From positions 99,559,822-99,623,821 of the forward strand of contig NC_057718.1 of assembly GCF_004010195.1 (NCBI RefSeq): a stretch of DNA of 64,000 nucleotides, written 5' to 3'. The notes beneath the pieces were generated by a model. It did no database searches. It saw only the letters and a program-made list of their open reading frames with translations, and had not been told where the DNA came from. A program made the translations under genes and the position numbers. The stretch comes from Chiloscyllium plagiosum (Eukaryota). This document shows positions 11,896 to 24,592 of this stretch, piece after piece (the first letter of the stretch is position 1; every line of letters starts with the position of its first letter).

Positions 11896-12855
11896 CCATA
11901 TATATTCATGTAAAAGCTGAAGTTTTTAGACTACTTTTTAAGGTTAAATTTATGGGGTCAACTATTACATGGATACTGCCTTCAAAGGGCTACTGCATCA
12001 TTAGCAGAAGTTCAACGAATTTCTAAACGAATAAAGAGTAAAAAAAAATGAATTACAGCAATTACCAGATAAAGACATTAGAAACAAACATGAATCAGTA
12101 AACTTCTATTTATACATACAAAAAGTGAAGTAGAAATATAATTCAGCTTTAAATCACAATTACATGGTGTATCTTAAATTGTGATGTGGAGGAGCTGGTG
12201 TTGGACTGGTGTGGACAAAGTTCAAAATGACACAACACCAGGTTATAGTCCAACAGGTTCATTTAAAAGTACAAGCTTGCACTTTCAAATAAACCTGTTG
12301 GAGTATAACCTGGCGTTGTGTCGTTTTTAACTTCATCTTAAAGAGGTCAAATACAAAAGTTCACCTTCCTCCAGCCTCTCACTAGTTTCTCCAAAACACA
12401 AAATTCTCTTGCTGCTCTGCAGTTATTTGTCTTCTCTGAAACTCTAATAACTTTGAGTTTAAATGCTGTGGTTTTTTTTTTTAAAATTTTCTGGAGGGCA
12501 TTTTTACACAAAATGATGAAAAAATTTCAAAAACTCAACTAGGTATATGGCTGTATTCCATGAGTGCGATGAGGGAACGGAGCTCAGCTGAGCTGCTCAC
12601 CAAGAGAGGTTGTCATCTTAAACTTTGGCACCAAACTGGTGTGGATTGTACATCAAAGCACATAATAGCATGATCAAAAAGTTCATTTCCTCTCCATAAC
12701 ATTTACGTACAGAATAATACCTTGACTCGCAAATGTTGATCTATTATCTGTGAAGAACTAGGGTCAACTTTTGCATGAGATATATGGAAAATTCCAGATG
12801 TTTGGGTCAAAAATAGGAGGTGACATGAGACTGACTTTTACTCAAGTATATCCGG
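11896..12855 (-). mobile_element. Internally deleted Tc2/pogo-superfamily DNA transposon
   Basis: Degenerate TIRs ccatatatattcatgtaaaag / cttttactcaagtatatccgg (15/21 match), TA on the right flank; minus-strand peptide TAFKLKVIRVSEKTNNCRAAREFCVLEKLVRGWRKV at 12362-12470. Confidence 0.8.
12179..12336. mobile_element. Penelope-like family C inverted unit nested in the pogo relic
   Basis: ccaggttatagtccaacagg ... cctgttggagtataacctgg arms; atcttaaa duplicated at 12171 and 12337. Confidence 0.75.
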
Positions 12856-13106
12856 TAAGTGGAAGAAGATAGCAGAAATAAAGGATAGTTTGTTTTTCAG
12901 ACTGGAGAAATATAGAAGGAGGTGAATGACAAAGATCAAAGTTATTAGCACTGTAATTCAAAATTTTCATTGATGATTTAACCTAAGTAACAAATAACTT
13001 ATTATCAATGTTTCTGGATGAAGCAATCCTTGGATGTAGCTAATATTACGGACAGAATACAAGAGAACGTTAGAAACTTGCAGATAGGACCCTGAAATAA
13101 ATTTGG

Positions 13107-13290
13107 TGAGGTGAATTGGCCATGCTAAATTGCCCATAGTGTTCAGGGGTGTGTAGGTTAGGTGCAACATCCTTGAGAAATGTAGAGTAATGGGGTATGG
13201 GTCTGGGTGGGATACTCTTCGGAGGGTCAGTGTGGACATGTTGGGCCAACTGGCCTGTTTTCCACACTGTAGGGGATTCTATGATGATTC
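13107..13290 (+). mobile_element. HE1-type SINE, 3' half
   Basis: aggtgaattggccatgctaaattgccc ... tgtaggggattctatgat. Confidence 0.85.
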
Positions 13291-13369
13291 AATGATAAAT
13301 ATATTTTAATATTGATGAAAATGACATGATGCACCATTAACAAGGGATGCTGACACAACTTCTTTTTTC

Positions 13370-14495
13370 TTATTTATTTACTCTTGGGACATGAATGTCG
13401 CTGGCTGGGTCAGCATTCATTACCCATCCCTAGTTGCCCCTTTGAGAAGGTGGGAGTGAGCTGCCTTCTTGAACCGCTGGAGTCCACCTGCTGTGGGTTG
13501 ACGCACAATGCCCTGAGGGAGGGAATGCCAGGATTTTGACCCAGCGACAGTGAAGGAACGGTGATATATTTCCAAGTCAGGATGGTGATTGGCAGAGGGT
13601 GGTGTTCGCATCTATCTGCTGCCCTTGTACTTCTAGATAGAAGTGGTTGTGGATTGGAAGATGCTGTCTTAGGATCTTTGACGTATTTCTGCAGTGCATC
13701 TTGTAGATAGTACACACAGCTGCTACTGAGCATTGGTAGTGGAGGGAGTGGGTATTTGAGGATGTGATGTCAATCAAGTGGGGACTGCTTTGTCCCTGGA
13801 CGGTGTTGGGCTCCCTGAGTGTTGTTGGAGTTGCGCCCATCCAGGCAAGTGGGGAGTATTCTATCAGTATTCCTATACTCTGACCTGCTCTTGTAGCCAT
13901 TGTGTTTATGTGGTAAGTCCAGTTGAGTTTCTGGTCAATAATAACCTCAAGGATGTTGATAGTTGGGAAATTCAATAACACCATTGAATGTCAAGGGGCA
14001 GGGATCAGGTTTGTTCTAAAGAAGGGTCACTGGACTCAAAATATTAACTATGTTTTTTCTCCACATATGCTTCCAGATCTGCTGAGTTTTCCCAGCAATT
14101 TCTGCTTTTTTTGTGTTGATCTGATTGTCTTGTATTTGATGGTCATTGCCTGGCATTCGTGTGAAACGAATGTTCCTTGCCACTTGTCAGCCCAAGCTTG
14201 AATATTGTCCACATTTAATTGCATTTGAACACGGACCTCTTCAGTATCTGAAGAATCACAAATAATGCTGAGCATTGTGCAATCGTCGATGAACATTGCC
14301 ATTTCTGACCTTATGATGGAGGGAAGGTCATAGATGAAGCAGCTGAAGATGGTTCGGCCTAGGGAATTACCCTGAGGGACTCATGCAGAGGTGTCCTACA
14401 GCTGTAATGATGGACCTCCATCAACCACAGCCATTTTCCAACGTGTCGGTTATGACGCGGAGAGTTTGCTCCCTGATACCCATTGATTCTAGCTT
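13370..14495 (-). mobile_element. Decayed LINE of the second CR1-superfamily family (RT C-terminus plus 3' end), with a Penelope family B fragment at ~14010-14115
   Basis: MFIDDCT (degenerate FADD), QAWADKWQ, LEVIIDQKLNWTYHI, EYSPLAW, HSLH..SVAAVCTIYKMHC. Confidence 0.85.
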
Positions 14496-14601
14496 CACAC
14501 GCTTCAAATATATTTAAAAGTGTGATGGAGCAGCAAAGAGATCCAGGGGAAAAGGTGAAGAAATCAGTTTTGTAAGACTAAAGAGGCTTGATGGGAGCAG
14601 A

Positions 14602-14805
14602 TTACTGCAGATGCTGGAGTCTGTGCTGAAAACAGCAAATGCTGGAGATCACAGTGGGTCAGGCAGCATCCATGGAGAGAGAGCGAGCTAACGTTTAGGA
14701 TGTAGACTATGTCACATCAGCTCAGATGAAGAGTCATCTTGACTCGAAACATTAGCTTGCTCTCTCTCCATGGATGCTGTCTGGTCTCCAGCACTTTTGT
14801 TTTCA
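14602..14805. mobile_element. Penelope-like terminal unit (family D, inverted)
   Basis: cagcatccatggagagagagcgagctaacg ... cattagcttgctctctctccatggatgctg; gatgaagagtcatctttgactcgaaa. Confidence 0.7.
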
Positions 14806-15654
14806 ATGAGGAGGCTTGTTGATTTGTTGTGGACCACCTTGAAGATTTTCTGCACTGATAGTAAAACCATCAGTCTTTCTAAGGCTAAAGAAAAGCTTTT
14901 CAGTACAATAAAACACAACTAGTGCTGAGTTTAATGTTGTACAAGCGAGGTAAATAGGACAGGAGGCAACTAACATCATGTGAGAAAATACTGGAGAAAG
15001 ACTGATGGTTAAATAGTGCCTTGTATTGGGGTGTTGTCGGCCTGGATTTTCAGACAACACATGTATCAAACAATTCTGAACAAGTGACTTGTTAATATTA
15101 TTAATAGCATGATGTCATTCCTCAGGATGTGCAGGTGACTGAGTGATATCCTGCCATTGGCTCCATGCCCCACAATCCAATCAAACCCATTAGCCTTGCC
15201 CTTTCCTATTTGTGAAGTTTTACATAATGAGAAAGGAGGGAAAGACGAAATCAGTGTGCAGCATGCCACATTGTGCTTGTTCTGTTTGTTACAGCTGATT
15301 TTCTTGTTAAGGTCAAGTTATGTGAACACATCAGCGGAACAAGACCCAGCCAGCAATGACGTCAACCCCTCAATTTTGACTTTTCACATTTTAGGGTGTG
15401 GTGGCTTTCAGAGGTTAGTGAGCAATCCTCTTCCAGGTGAAATCAGGTATAATTTCAGAGGGGAGAGAAGTGTTTGCCTTCACGTTGTAAAGAATTAAGC
15501 AGAGTGCATTGTAATCTGATCATCCAGCATCCTTCTAGCTATGATTAACCCAACTCCATCAGCTTTTCCTTCACCATGCACCCTCCCAGTATGTATAGCA
15601 AGGAAATGTAACTGTATTGATGCCCAAAAACTTCACCAGTTATGATCTACTACA

Positions 15655-15888
15655 GGGCTGAGATGGGAAAGTATTTCTTCACTCAGAGAGTTCTCTCCCA
15701 CAGGAAGCTGTTGGTGCCTGTTCATTAGATAGATTCAAGAGGGAGCTGGACATGGCCCTTGTGGATAAAGGGATGAAGGGGTATGGGGAGAGGGCGGGAG
15801 TGGGAAACTGAGATTGCATGATCAGCCATGATCGCGTTGGATGGTGGGGCCAAATGGCCTACACCTACACCTATTTTCTATGTTTCTA
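15655..15888 (+). mobile_element. CR1 3' fragment
   Basis: ttcttcactcagagag ... atcagccatgatc ... ttttctatgtttcta. Confidence 0.8.
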
Positions 15889-16194
15889 CAACACACTGGA
15901 GGTGATGGAGGGTTAAGATAATAGTGTAAATATGCAACATTGTCCATGGAAATGCCTCTGTCAATCAGAGTCCATTTGCTAACCAATCAACACTCCCTTC
16001 TCATGCAGTACAAATTGTTGTTCACTTTGCAATGTAGTATTCTTGCAATTCTGTCCTGATGAGTGCTAGAAAATAGGACTCTATCCCGAACACTCAATAT
16101 TGGTTGATTATTTCAATTTGGAGAGAGCAGCTAATTAATCAGGAAAGATCAGATACTTGAAATGATGCTTCTCAGCCTACTGTGGCCCTCTTAA

Positions 16195-16442
16195 GGTGGA
16201 CAAGGTCAGAAGTCACATGATGCCAGGTTACAGTTCAACAGGTTTATTTGAAATCACAAGCTTTCGGAGCACTGCTCCTTCATCAGATGAAGTGAGGGAG
16301 AAGTGCACAGGCACAGAATTCTCTCTCTCTTCAACTGACAAAGGGGCAGCGCTTCGAAAGCTTGTGATTTCAAATAAACCAGTTGGACTATAACCCGGTG
16401 TTACGTGACTTCTGACTTTGTCCATCCCAATCAGCACCTCCC
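16195..16442. mobile_element. Penelope-like family C hairpin unit
   Basis: Long inverted arms; intact hammerhead-like core on the minus strand at ~16256-16290. Confidence 0.8.
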
Positions 16443-17149
16443 TATCGTATCTTTTCAAGTGAAGGAAGTTTTGGGATATACGTTCTGATATATAAGGCAT
16501 AGCGGAACGATGTACAAGATTACAATTGTCTTAAATTAATCTTCTATCGAAACGAAACCTACATTCCTCTGATTCCCTCAGGGCTTTTCTTCCTGAAACA
16601 CGAGGAATAAATATTAAAGGACAATGACATTTTGTTTCTCGATTATCGTCTTTCCAGATGGGGGTGACTCAATTTGGAAAGTTGTTTACCACTTCCTGAA
16701 GCATTGTGGGACAGGTCTAACATAGCTTCATGTCCTTCCAGATTCTTACCACTTCACACCTGGAAACCTACTGCTGTATTGAAACACTTCCTTAAAGAAT
16801 GGATGTCAAAACAACAAGACGAAAGGATGTAGCTCAACAAGTTAAATAGCCTCAAGATTTCAGATTTTTCTTTTATTAATGGTCAAGCTTTCTCCTTTTA
16901 ACAAAGAATTCAGTTTCTCTTTTGGTTTTAATGCCTCCAACTCAAATCTGCCATCTGTTGTTTCTGACTTTGGGAAATATAAACTTAGTAACAGAAGCTA
17001 AGAAATGCAACCAATAATGAGTCACCAGAATTAATACTTCTTTTTACATTTACAAATCATGTAGATTTCTATCTGGAGCAAAATCCATGCTTCAAATTGA
17101 TGCAATTGTTGTTTATTTATATCTTAAAGCAATGCAGTGATAGCACTTG

Positions 17150-17721
17150 AAAGGTTGCCAATATGATCAAAGATGAAAATGTGTTGCTGGAAAAGCGCAG
17201 CAGGTCAGGCAGCATCCAAGGAGCAGGAGAATCGACGTTTCGGGCATAAGCCCTTCTTCAGGAAGAAGGGCTTATGCCCGAAACGTCGATTCTCCTGTTC
17301 CTTGGATGCTGCCTGACCTGCTGCGCTTTTCCAGCAACACATTTTCAGCTCTGATCTCCAGCATCTGCAGACCTCACTTTCTCCCCAATATGATCAAAGA
17401 CCCCTCCCACCCCAGTCATGCTCTTCTGTCAGGCGGAAGAGACAGACGCTTGAATACACACACGCCGACAGGTTCAGGAACAGCTTCTTCCCAGCTGTTC
17501 TTAGACTGATGAATGGACTCTCTAACTTCAAGTAATGTTAATCTTGTTGATGTTGATCTTGCCTAGCGCTCAGCGATACCTGAATGCCTTACTCTGCTCA
17601 AGCTTTACTTTCCACCCTATGATCTGTGTGTCCTTGCTTATTATGATCTCCCTGTACTGCTCACAAACAAAGCTTTTCACTGTATTTAGGTACACATGCC
17701 TATAATAAATCAAATCAAATC
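17150..17721 (+). mobile_element. Rex1/Babar-type LINE 3' fragment, interrupted by a Penelope hairpin
   Basis: IKDPSHPSHAL..SG.R ... RFRNSFFPAVLRLMN peptide remnants; (caaat)n tail. Confidence 0.7.
17174..17384. mobile_element. Penelope-like family A near-perfect hairpin unit with a 16-bp TSD
   Basis: ~86-bp arms at 17174-17347; ccaatatgatcaaaga at 17158-17173 and 17385-17400. Confidence 0.9.
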
Positions 17722-18093
17722 ACTACATTCTATCTATAAAGCAGGATTTATCACAGTGTTTTAAAATATCTGCTCCACACTTCAGTTGTAGCTTCCAACT
17801 CATTAAAATCTTTGTTCACTTCTCTCTGAGTCCACACCCAGGGTTAAAGCTTCAAGCACAGGAAGTATAAATAGTCAACACAGCACCACTGCATCAAGGG
17901 AAAACCATAACTATAGGAAGTAGAAAGTCTACAGACTCAATACTGGACAGTTGACTAAATTATTAGTTAACAGATTCTTCTTCTTAGTGAATAGGAGCAG
18001 AATATCATTATAATGCACAAAGAGAAGGTGAACAAGGTGACTTAGAGATGGGAAATTTACAGAAAACATGTTTAACGTGTGACCAAGTGTGAT

Positions 18094-18215
18094 TGAAAAC
18101 AACAAATGCTGGGGGTCACAGCGGGTCAGGCAGCATCCATGGAGAGAGAGCAAACTAACGTTTCCAGTCTAGATGACTCTTCATCAGAGCATGACATGAA
18201 CTGGGAGAATGAGAT
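18094..18215 (-). mobile_element. Penelope-like family D unit
   Basis: taacgtttccagtctagatgactcttcatcag (reverse complement of ctgatga...gaaacgtta). Confidence 0.7.
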
Positions 18216-18485
18216 GGATCCCTTGCAGGACGTGGGGTGGGAAGAGCCTGTAGTGAACGTTACAACCAGGTGTTATGTGCCCTGAAGAACAAGAGACATG
18301 AAGTGGTAAGTATAAGATGCTCCAATAGTTTTTAACCACTGGGATTGTTACCATCTCACACCTGGTTCTATTGTACACACGCTGAAACAGAGCGAACATC
18401 ATGACGAGTCAACAACTCCAACACTGACATGACACATATATTCCGGGGCTTGAAGACAAAGAAGATGGGCCCTGGGTATTTTTCT

Positions 18486-18618
18486 AGGAGAAAGTGAGGA
18501 CTGCAGATGCTGGGGATCAGAGTCGAGGAATGAGCTCATTCCTGATGAAGAGCTCATGCCCGAAACATTGATTCTCCTGTTGCCTGACCGGCTGTGCTTT
18601 TCCAGTGCCACACTCTCA
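18486..18618. mobile_element. Penelope-like family A unit with a 17-bp imperfect TSD
   Basis: gccctgggtatttttct (18469-18485) / gcccttggcatttttct (18619-18635). Confidence 0.8.
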
Positions 18619-18920
18619 GCCCTTGGCATTTTTCTGTCTCATCATTTCTGTGCTACTCTAGAAACCTGAGAGTGAGAAAGTATTATCAAAAGAGAGGTCG
18701 AATTTCTGAAGGGGAAAGTAAGATACTTGTTGCTAATTGCTGCTGAAACTTTATGTTTTTACTTTTTTTTATAAAATGGGAATTCACTTTTGGTCATGAA
18801 GTAGGTTGTTATATCATATTTTTAAAGGGCTCATTGGTCAACTGTGAGTGATACATAAGCCACACTGGGTAAGACTGCCCCAGGAATCCTTCCTTATAGA
18901 ATGGTGATGAGTAAAATACC

Positions 18921-19428
18921 CAGTTCTGGTCTCCCTACTATAAGAAGGATTTTATTAAGCTGGAGAGGGTTCTGAAAAGATTTACCAGGAATGGAGGGTT
19001 TGAGTTATAAGGAGAGGCTGGATATGATGGGACTGTTTTCACTGGAGTGAGGGAGGTTGAGGGGTGATCTAACTGAAGTTAATGAAATCATGAGGGGGAT
19101 AGATAAGGTGAATGTATTTTCCCTAGGGTGGGGGATTTCAAAACTAGGGGACATATTTTTAAGATGAGAGGAGAAAGATTTTAAAAAGACACGAGGGACA
19201 ATTTGTTTACACAGAGAGTGGTTCGTGTGTGGAGTGACCTTCCTGAGGAAGTGGTGGATGTGGTACAGTTACAAAACTTAAAAGACATTTGGATAAGGAT
19301 ATGAATAAGAAATGTTTGGAGGGACATGAGCCAAGCACAGGCAGTTGAGACTAGTTTAGTTTGGGATTATGTTCGGCATGGAGTGGATGGGCCAAAGGGT
19401 CAGTTTCCGTGCTGTATGACTCTATGTG
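18921..19428 (+). mobile_element. CR1 3' fragment bracketed by a 41-bp direct repeat
   Basis: cagttctggtctccc ... gctgtatgactctatg; repeat at 18881-18921 and 19451-19491. Confidence 0.9.
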
Positions 19429-19644
19429 AGTTGTTATGACAATACACTGTCAGGAATCCTTCCTTATAGAATGGTGATGAGTAAAATACCCTTATTGTTC
19501 CAGAATTCTTCATGAGCTGAATTTAATTTCCCCACTTTCTGTGATGGGATCTCTGCATCAGTAGTCTGATCCTCTGAATTACTAGTTAAGTTACAGAGGT
19601 ATTCTCCAAAGTACACTCTGGGTCACTGAGTTTTCACTTTATTT

Positions 19645-19970
19645 GTTTGTAGGATGTGACTATCATAGTCTGTCACCCATCCTTAACTGCATTTGCAAAC
19701 GGAGTGGTGACTCATCTCTTGAGCTGTTGCAGTCCACGTGGTGTAAGTAAAGTACTATTAAGGAGGAATTCCAGGATTCTGACCCAGCGACACTAAAGGA
19801 ACAGTGATATATTTCCAATTCAAGATGGTGAGTGGCCCGGAGGGGGACTTGCAAGGGTGGTTTGGTGCTCCCATGTAGCTGCTGCCCTTGTCCTTCGAAA
19901 TGGAAATGGTCGTGGGTTGGAAGGTGCTGTCTAAGGAGCCTTGGTGAATATCTGCAGTTCATCTTACTGA
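19645..19970 (-). mobile_element. Second-family LINE 3' fragment
   Basis: CRYSPRLLRQHLP motif; matches 13400-13710. Confidence 0.75.
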
Positions 19971-20041
19971 GAGAACGTTATTTTATATGGTGGGCCATTC
20001 CAGTCTGGATCACCTGTAAAGGTGGTGATGCAAGATTCCAT

Positions 20042-20330
20042 GTCATAGAGTCATCGAGTCATCCAGCATAGAAACAGACCCTTCGGTCCAACCAGTCCAT
20101 GCCGACCATAATCCCAAACTAAACTAGTCCCCAAACTAAACTAGTCCCACCTGCCTGCACTTGGCTCATATCCCTCCAAACATTTCTTATTCATGAACTC
20201 ATCCAAATGTCTTTTAAACATTGCAACTGTACCTGCATCCAACACTTCCACATGTGAACCATCTCCGTGTAAAAGAATTTGCCCCTCGAGTCCTTTTTTA
20301 AATCTTTACCCTCTCACCTTAAAAATATGT
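20042..20330 (-). mobile_element. CR1 3' fragment
   Basis: gtcatagagtcat ... aaactaaactagtccc (locally duplicated). Confidence 0.85.
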
Positions 20331-21149
20331 GTGTTAGAACAGTGATTTTTAGGGCTAGAAGGAGGTAGTTGAGTTGTCAGACGAATTGGACAGCACAGAG
20401 GCTGATGGGTCAAATGGTCTCCATATGTGCCATATGATTCTGGGGCACTTAAATAATTCGAGCAGTCCATCACAACTGTTTCCATTGGATTGTTCTTTGG
20501 TAACCCCAGCCCGAGGTCTTCAGCTTGTCGATGACTCTTTATGGGCTTGTCTGGTCCCTGGGCTGATTCGCTGTGGGTTTCATTACAAGCTTGTTCCCAT
20601 CACAGTACCTCTGTGAATCAAACAAACCATTTCAGATCAGGACAAGAACCAAAAACAACAACAACTCTCATTTCCAGCCTCTGCGGAGGCACAGACTGAC
20701 AGAAAGAGATGTGGGTTGAGCGACCAAAACCAAAAAAAAAATGCTTTGGAAATAAAGCAGATCATCGATAAAATATGTGGTATATTCTTGTCATCATCTC
20801 AGTTTAAAAAAAGCCGACTGCAGTTTGTTTTAAGAAGCTTGATGGTGTTTTTTTAAAATATAAATAAAAATAAGCATAGCCTCTGACTGAAATCTGTTTT
20901 AGGCAGCCCAGTTACACAGTGGGAAGGGTGGGAATGATATGAGTCATGCAGTGTTGCTTGTCAGGACAGGAGACTGAGAGTTTATGAGGAACCAGGCCAA
21001 ATTCTGATCGTTTAGAACTTATATTTCGGTTTGACCATTTTATACCTGTGGCTTAATAAAGATGTATCGCCCAGCACGCTCCCTCCATATTCAGGGAGAA
21101 TTGTTCACACGCATGTTGTAATGATTGCAACTCTCTATTCCCAATGATG

Positions 21150-21662
21150 GTCATAAAGTCATACAGGTTTAGGGATGTGCAGCACGGAAACAGACCCTTC
21201 AGTCCAACCCGTCCTTGCCAACGAGAATGCTAAATTAATCTAGTCCCATTTGCCAGCACTGGGCCTGTGTCCCTCTAAACCCTTCCTATTCAAATAACCA
21301 TCCAGATACCTTTTAAATGTTGTAATTGTACCGGTCCCCACCACGTCCTCTGGGCTCATTCCATACATGCACCACCCTCTGGGTGAAAATGTTGTCCGTT
21401 AGGTCCTTTATAAATCTTTCCCCTCTCACTCTAAACCTATAGCCTCTTTGTTTTGTATTCATCCCACCCAGGGAAAAGACCTTGCCTATTTATCCTTTCC
21501 ATGCCCCTCATGATTTTATAAACCTCTATGAGGTCATCCCTTGGCCTCTGACACTTCAGGGAAAACAGCCCCAGCCTATTCAGCCTCTCCCTACAGCTCA
21601 AACCCTCCAACCCTGGCAACATCCTTGTAAATCTTTTCTGGACCCTCTCAAGTTTCACAACA
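21150..21662 (-). mobile_element. CR1 3' fragment
   Basis: KLERVQKRFTRMLPGLEGLS..ERLNRLGLFSL. Confidence 0.9.
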
Positions 21663-21950
21663 CCGTTCAACAGTGTGACTTCACATCAGCGAGTCACATT
21701 GTAGATCCTCAATGGAATCACCAGTGTCTGCTGGATGTTGGAGCCCCTGATGTGATTCCCAGGACAAAATAAGCAGCTAAGGTTGTTAGGATGGCCTGAA
21801 AATCATAGAATCCCTACAGTGTAGTAGCAGACCATTTGGCCCATTAAGTCGACACTGTCGCTCCAAAGACCATCCCACTCAGACCCATCCCGTTAGAGAC
21901 AAGGCCCAAAACTGCTCACACCATTCCAAATGTAGCCTGACCAGAGCCGT

Positions 21951-22079
21951 AGGAGAAAGTGAGGCCTGCAGATGCTGGAGATCAGAGTCGAGAATGTGGT
22001 GCTGGAAAAGCACAGCAGGTCAGCCAGCATCCGAGGAGCAGGAGAGTCGGCGTTTTGGGCATAGGCCCTTCATCAGGAA
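21951..22079 (-). mobile_element. Penelope-like family A unit inserted in a CR1 fragment
   Basis: tgaccagagc duplicated at 21938 and 22080. Confidence 0.8.
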
Positions 22080-22704
22080 TGACCAGAGCTATATACAGCC
22101 CCAGCAGTACATCTCTGCTCTTGTATTCTAGCCCTCTTGAAATAAACGCAAACAGTGCATTGACATCCATGAACTTACCAAAGAGAAAATGACACTTGAG
22201 GACATAAACCAGCATGTTCATGCTGAAGGAAATATAGCTGTATTGCCCGTGCAAAGTGTAATTCACCCACAGTCTGAAGCCTGAGATATCCCCTGCTGTG
22301 AAAGAAGCGGGTCATCCAAGTTGTGAACCATGGATACCAGGCTGAGTTACTGAAGATACATACTGTAGACCATTGTGTAAACTATTCTTCAGTTACAGGT
22401 AACAATACATTAGTTCTGTTAAACATGACCTAGATGTTCCTTTAGCCTCACCACCAGTGTTTTATATACAGCAAAGTGAAATTTAATTTTACTCAGACTA
22501 CACTTACCCTGAGAGAAGCATCAGTTTCAGACAGCTCTTGACTATTGTATACTTGAGAAAGGCATTTTGTTCAGTGGTAGATTCTTGCGAGTCATAGAGC
22601 TGTAGTCATAGGAAACAGACCCTTCGGTCCAACTCGTCCATGCTGACCAGATATCCTGAATTAATCTAGTCCCATTTGCCTGCACTTGGCCCATATCCCT
22701 CTCA

Positions 22705-22874
22705 GGCAGAAATGGATAGTGCAGATGCTGGAGTAAATCAAGATTAGAGTGGTGCTGGAAAAGCACAGCAGGTCAGGCAGCATCCGAGGAGCAGGGCAAT
22801 CGACGTTTCAGTCGATTTTCCTGCTCCTCAGATGCTGCCTGACCTGCTGTGCTTTTCCAGCACCACTCTAATCT
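22705..22874. mobile_element. Penelope-like family A hairpin unit inside a CR1 3' end (22590-22922, -)
   Basis: 14-bp TSD ccatatccctctca at 22691-22704 and 22875-22888. Confidence 0.85.
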
Positions 22875-23870
22875 CCATATCCCTCTCAACCCATCCTATT
22901 GATACATCCATCCAGATGCTTTCTCTCTCTCTCCCTCACTGACATTGTGGCTGCTGCCTTTGGTCTTTCTTCCTACTTTTAAAAGTACCATTGTTTTGAT
23001 CTTTCTTCCCCAAAGTTTCAAAACAAAGCAACAGTTTATAAAACAGTAATTGCTGCTCCTGGAGTTCGAGGAAATCACCTCAAATATCTCAAAAATGGAA
23101 CAGGTCTTACAGCCATAATGTTTTCCTATTCTCCATCTTGGATTACCCAGAATCTTCCCTGACTGGTGCTCATAGGTCACAGTGCACAGGGTAAGACAGA
23201 AAAATGAATAACCCCTTTAAAACAAATAATTATTACGTGACTCATTAATGAAATGAATGTCTGATTTGTGGAACAGTATTCCAATATTGAAAGGCTACAC
23301 TTTTGATCAAAAGTGGCTGTCTCAGGTAGTGTTAATCATTCCCTTTGTGAAATATTTTAAACAATTGCTATCTTTGTTAAAAATAAAGCTGCCAAATTAA
23401 AATTTCTGTCTGTAATATCTGGTTTCCAATTGGTTGTGCATCTGACATTTACTCCTTCTGACTAAATATCTGACTCAGTGATTTTTCTGCACTGTCCGTT
23501 CGTTTGTATCTGATGGATTGCATTCCAAATAAAAGAAGTGGACAATTGTATTCTTTCAAAACCAAAATCCCCATGATATCACCAGCAGGATGTGATGGCA
23601 GTGCCCCTGGTAACAATGCATGTTTGTTGACAGCCCAGATCTCAGTGTTTCCCAACTCGCCGCCTTCTGGGCTGAACATTCAGTGGATTACTAAACAACT
23701 TGACAACTCCTCATACCTTTTAACTTGCTTCGGAGGTGGAATGTTACATTCTCCCACAATCCCAAGGGGACCCCATCAAACTCCCCAGATGACCTTCCAT
23801 CCAGACTCCTGTGTTTTTGATCTTTCCTGCACTTTGTGGTCAGATTAGCGGGAGGGGGTGCCAAGACTGG

Positions 23871-24004
23871 GTGGAAATGGGTACTGCAGATGCTGGAGAT
23901 TAGAGTCAAGATTAGAGTGGTGCTGGAAAAGCACAGCAGGTCAGGCAGCATCCGAGGAGCAGGGAAAATCGATGTTTCAGGGAAAAGCCCTTCATCAGGA
24001 CTCA
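23871..24004 (-). mobile_element. Penelope-like family A unit
   Basis: TSD gccaagactgg at 23860-23870 and 24008-24018. Confidence 0.8.
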
Positions 24005-24094
24005 GGCGCCAAGACTGGACTTGCCCGGTTTGAAGACCTTAAGTGACCAGTTAATGACCCCTGTTTGAGCCATTTCCAAGCCAGTCTTGATTTT

Positions 24095-24592
24095 CATAGA
24101 ATCATACAGCTTGGAAACATATCGTTCGGTCCAAACTGTCTGTGTCGACCGTAATCCCAAACTAAACTAGTCCCACCTCCCTGCTCCTGGCCCAGCTCCC
24201 TCCAAACATTTCCTACTCATGTACTTATCCAAATATCTTTTAAACATTGTAATTGTACCCACATCCACAGGTTCATTCCACACACAAACCACTCTCTATG
24301 TAAAACAATTTGCCCCTCATGTCTTTTTTAAAAATCTCTCCTCTCACCTTAAAAATATGTCCCTTAGACTTGAAATCTACTCCCCCCCCCCTCACCCGAG
24401 GGAAAAGACACCTGCCATTCACCTTATCTATGCTCCTCATTAATCTGTAAACATCCATAAAGTCACTTCTCAACCTCCTATGCTCCAGTGAAAAAATAAT
24501 CTCAACCCTTCTTTATAACTCAAATCCTGGCAACATCCTGGTAAATCTCTTCAGAACCCTCTCCAGCTTAATGATATCCTTCCTATAACTGG
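24095..24592 (-). mobile_element. CR1 3' fragment
   Basis: Reverse complement of the CR1 C-terminus and UTR, same subfamily as 18921-19428. Confidence 0.85.
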
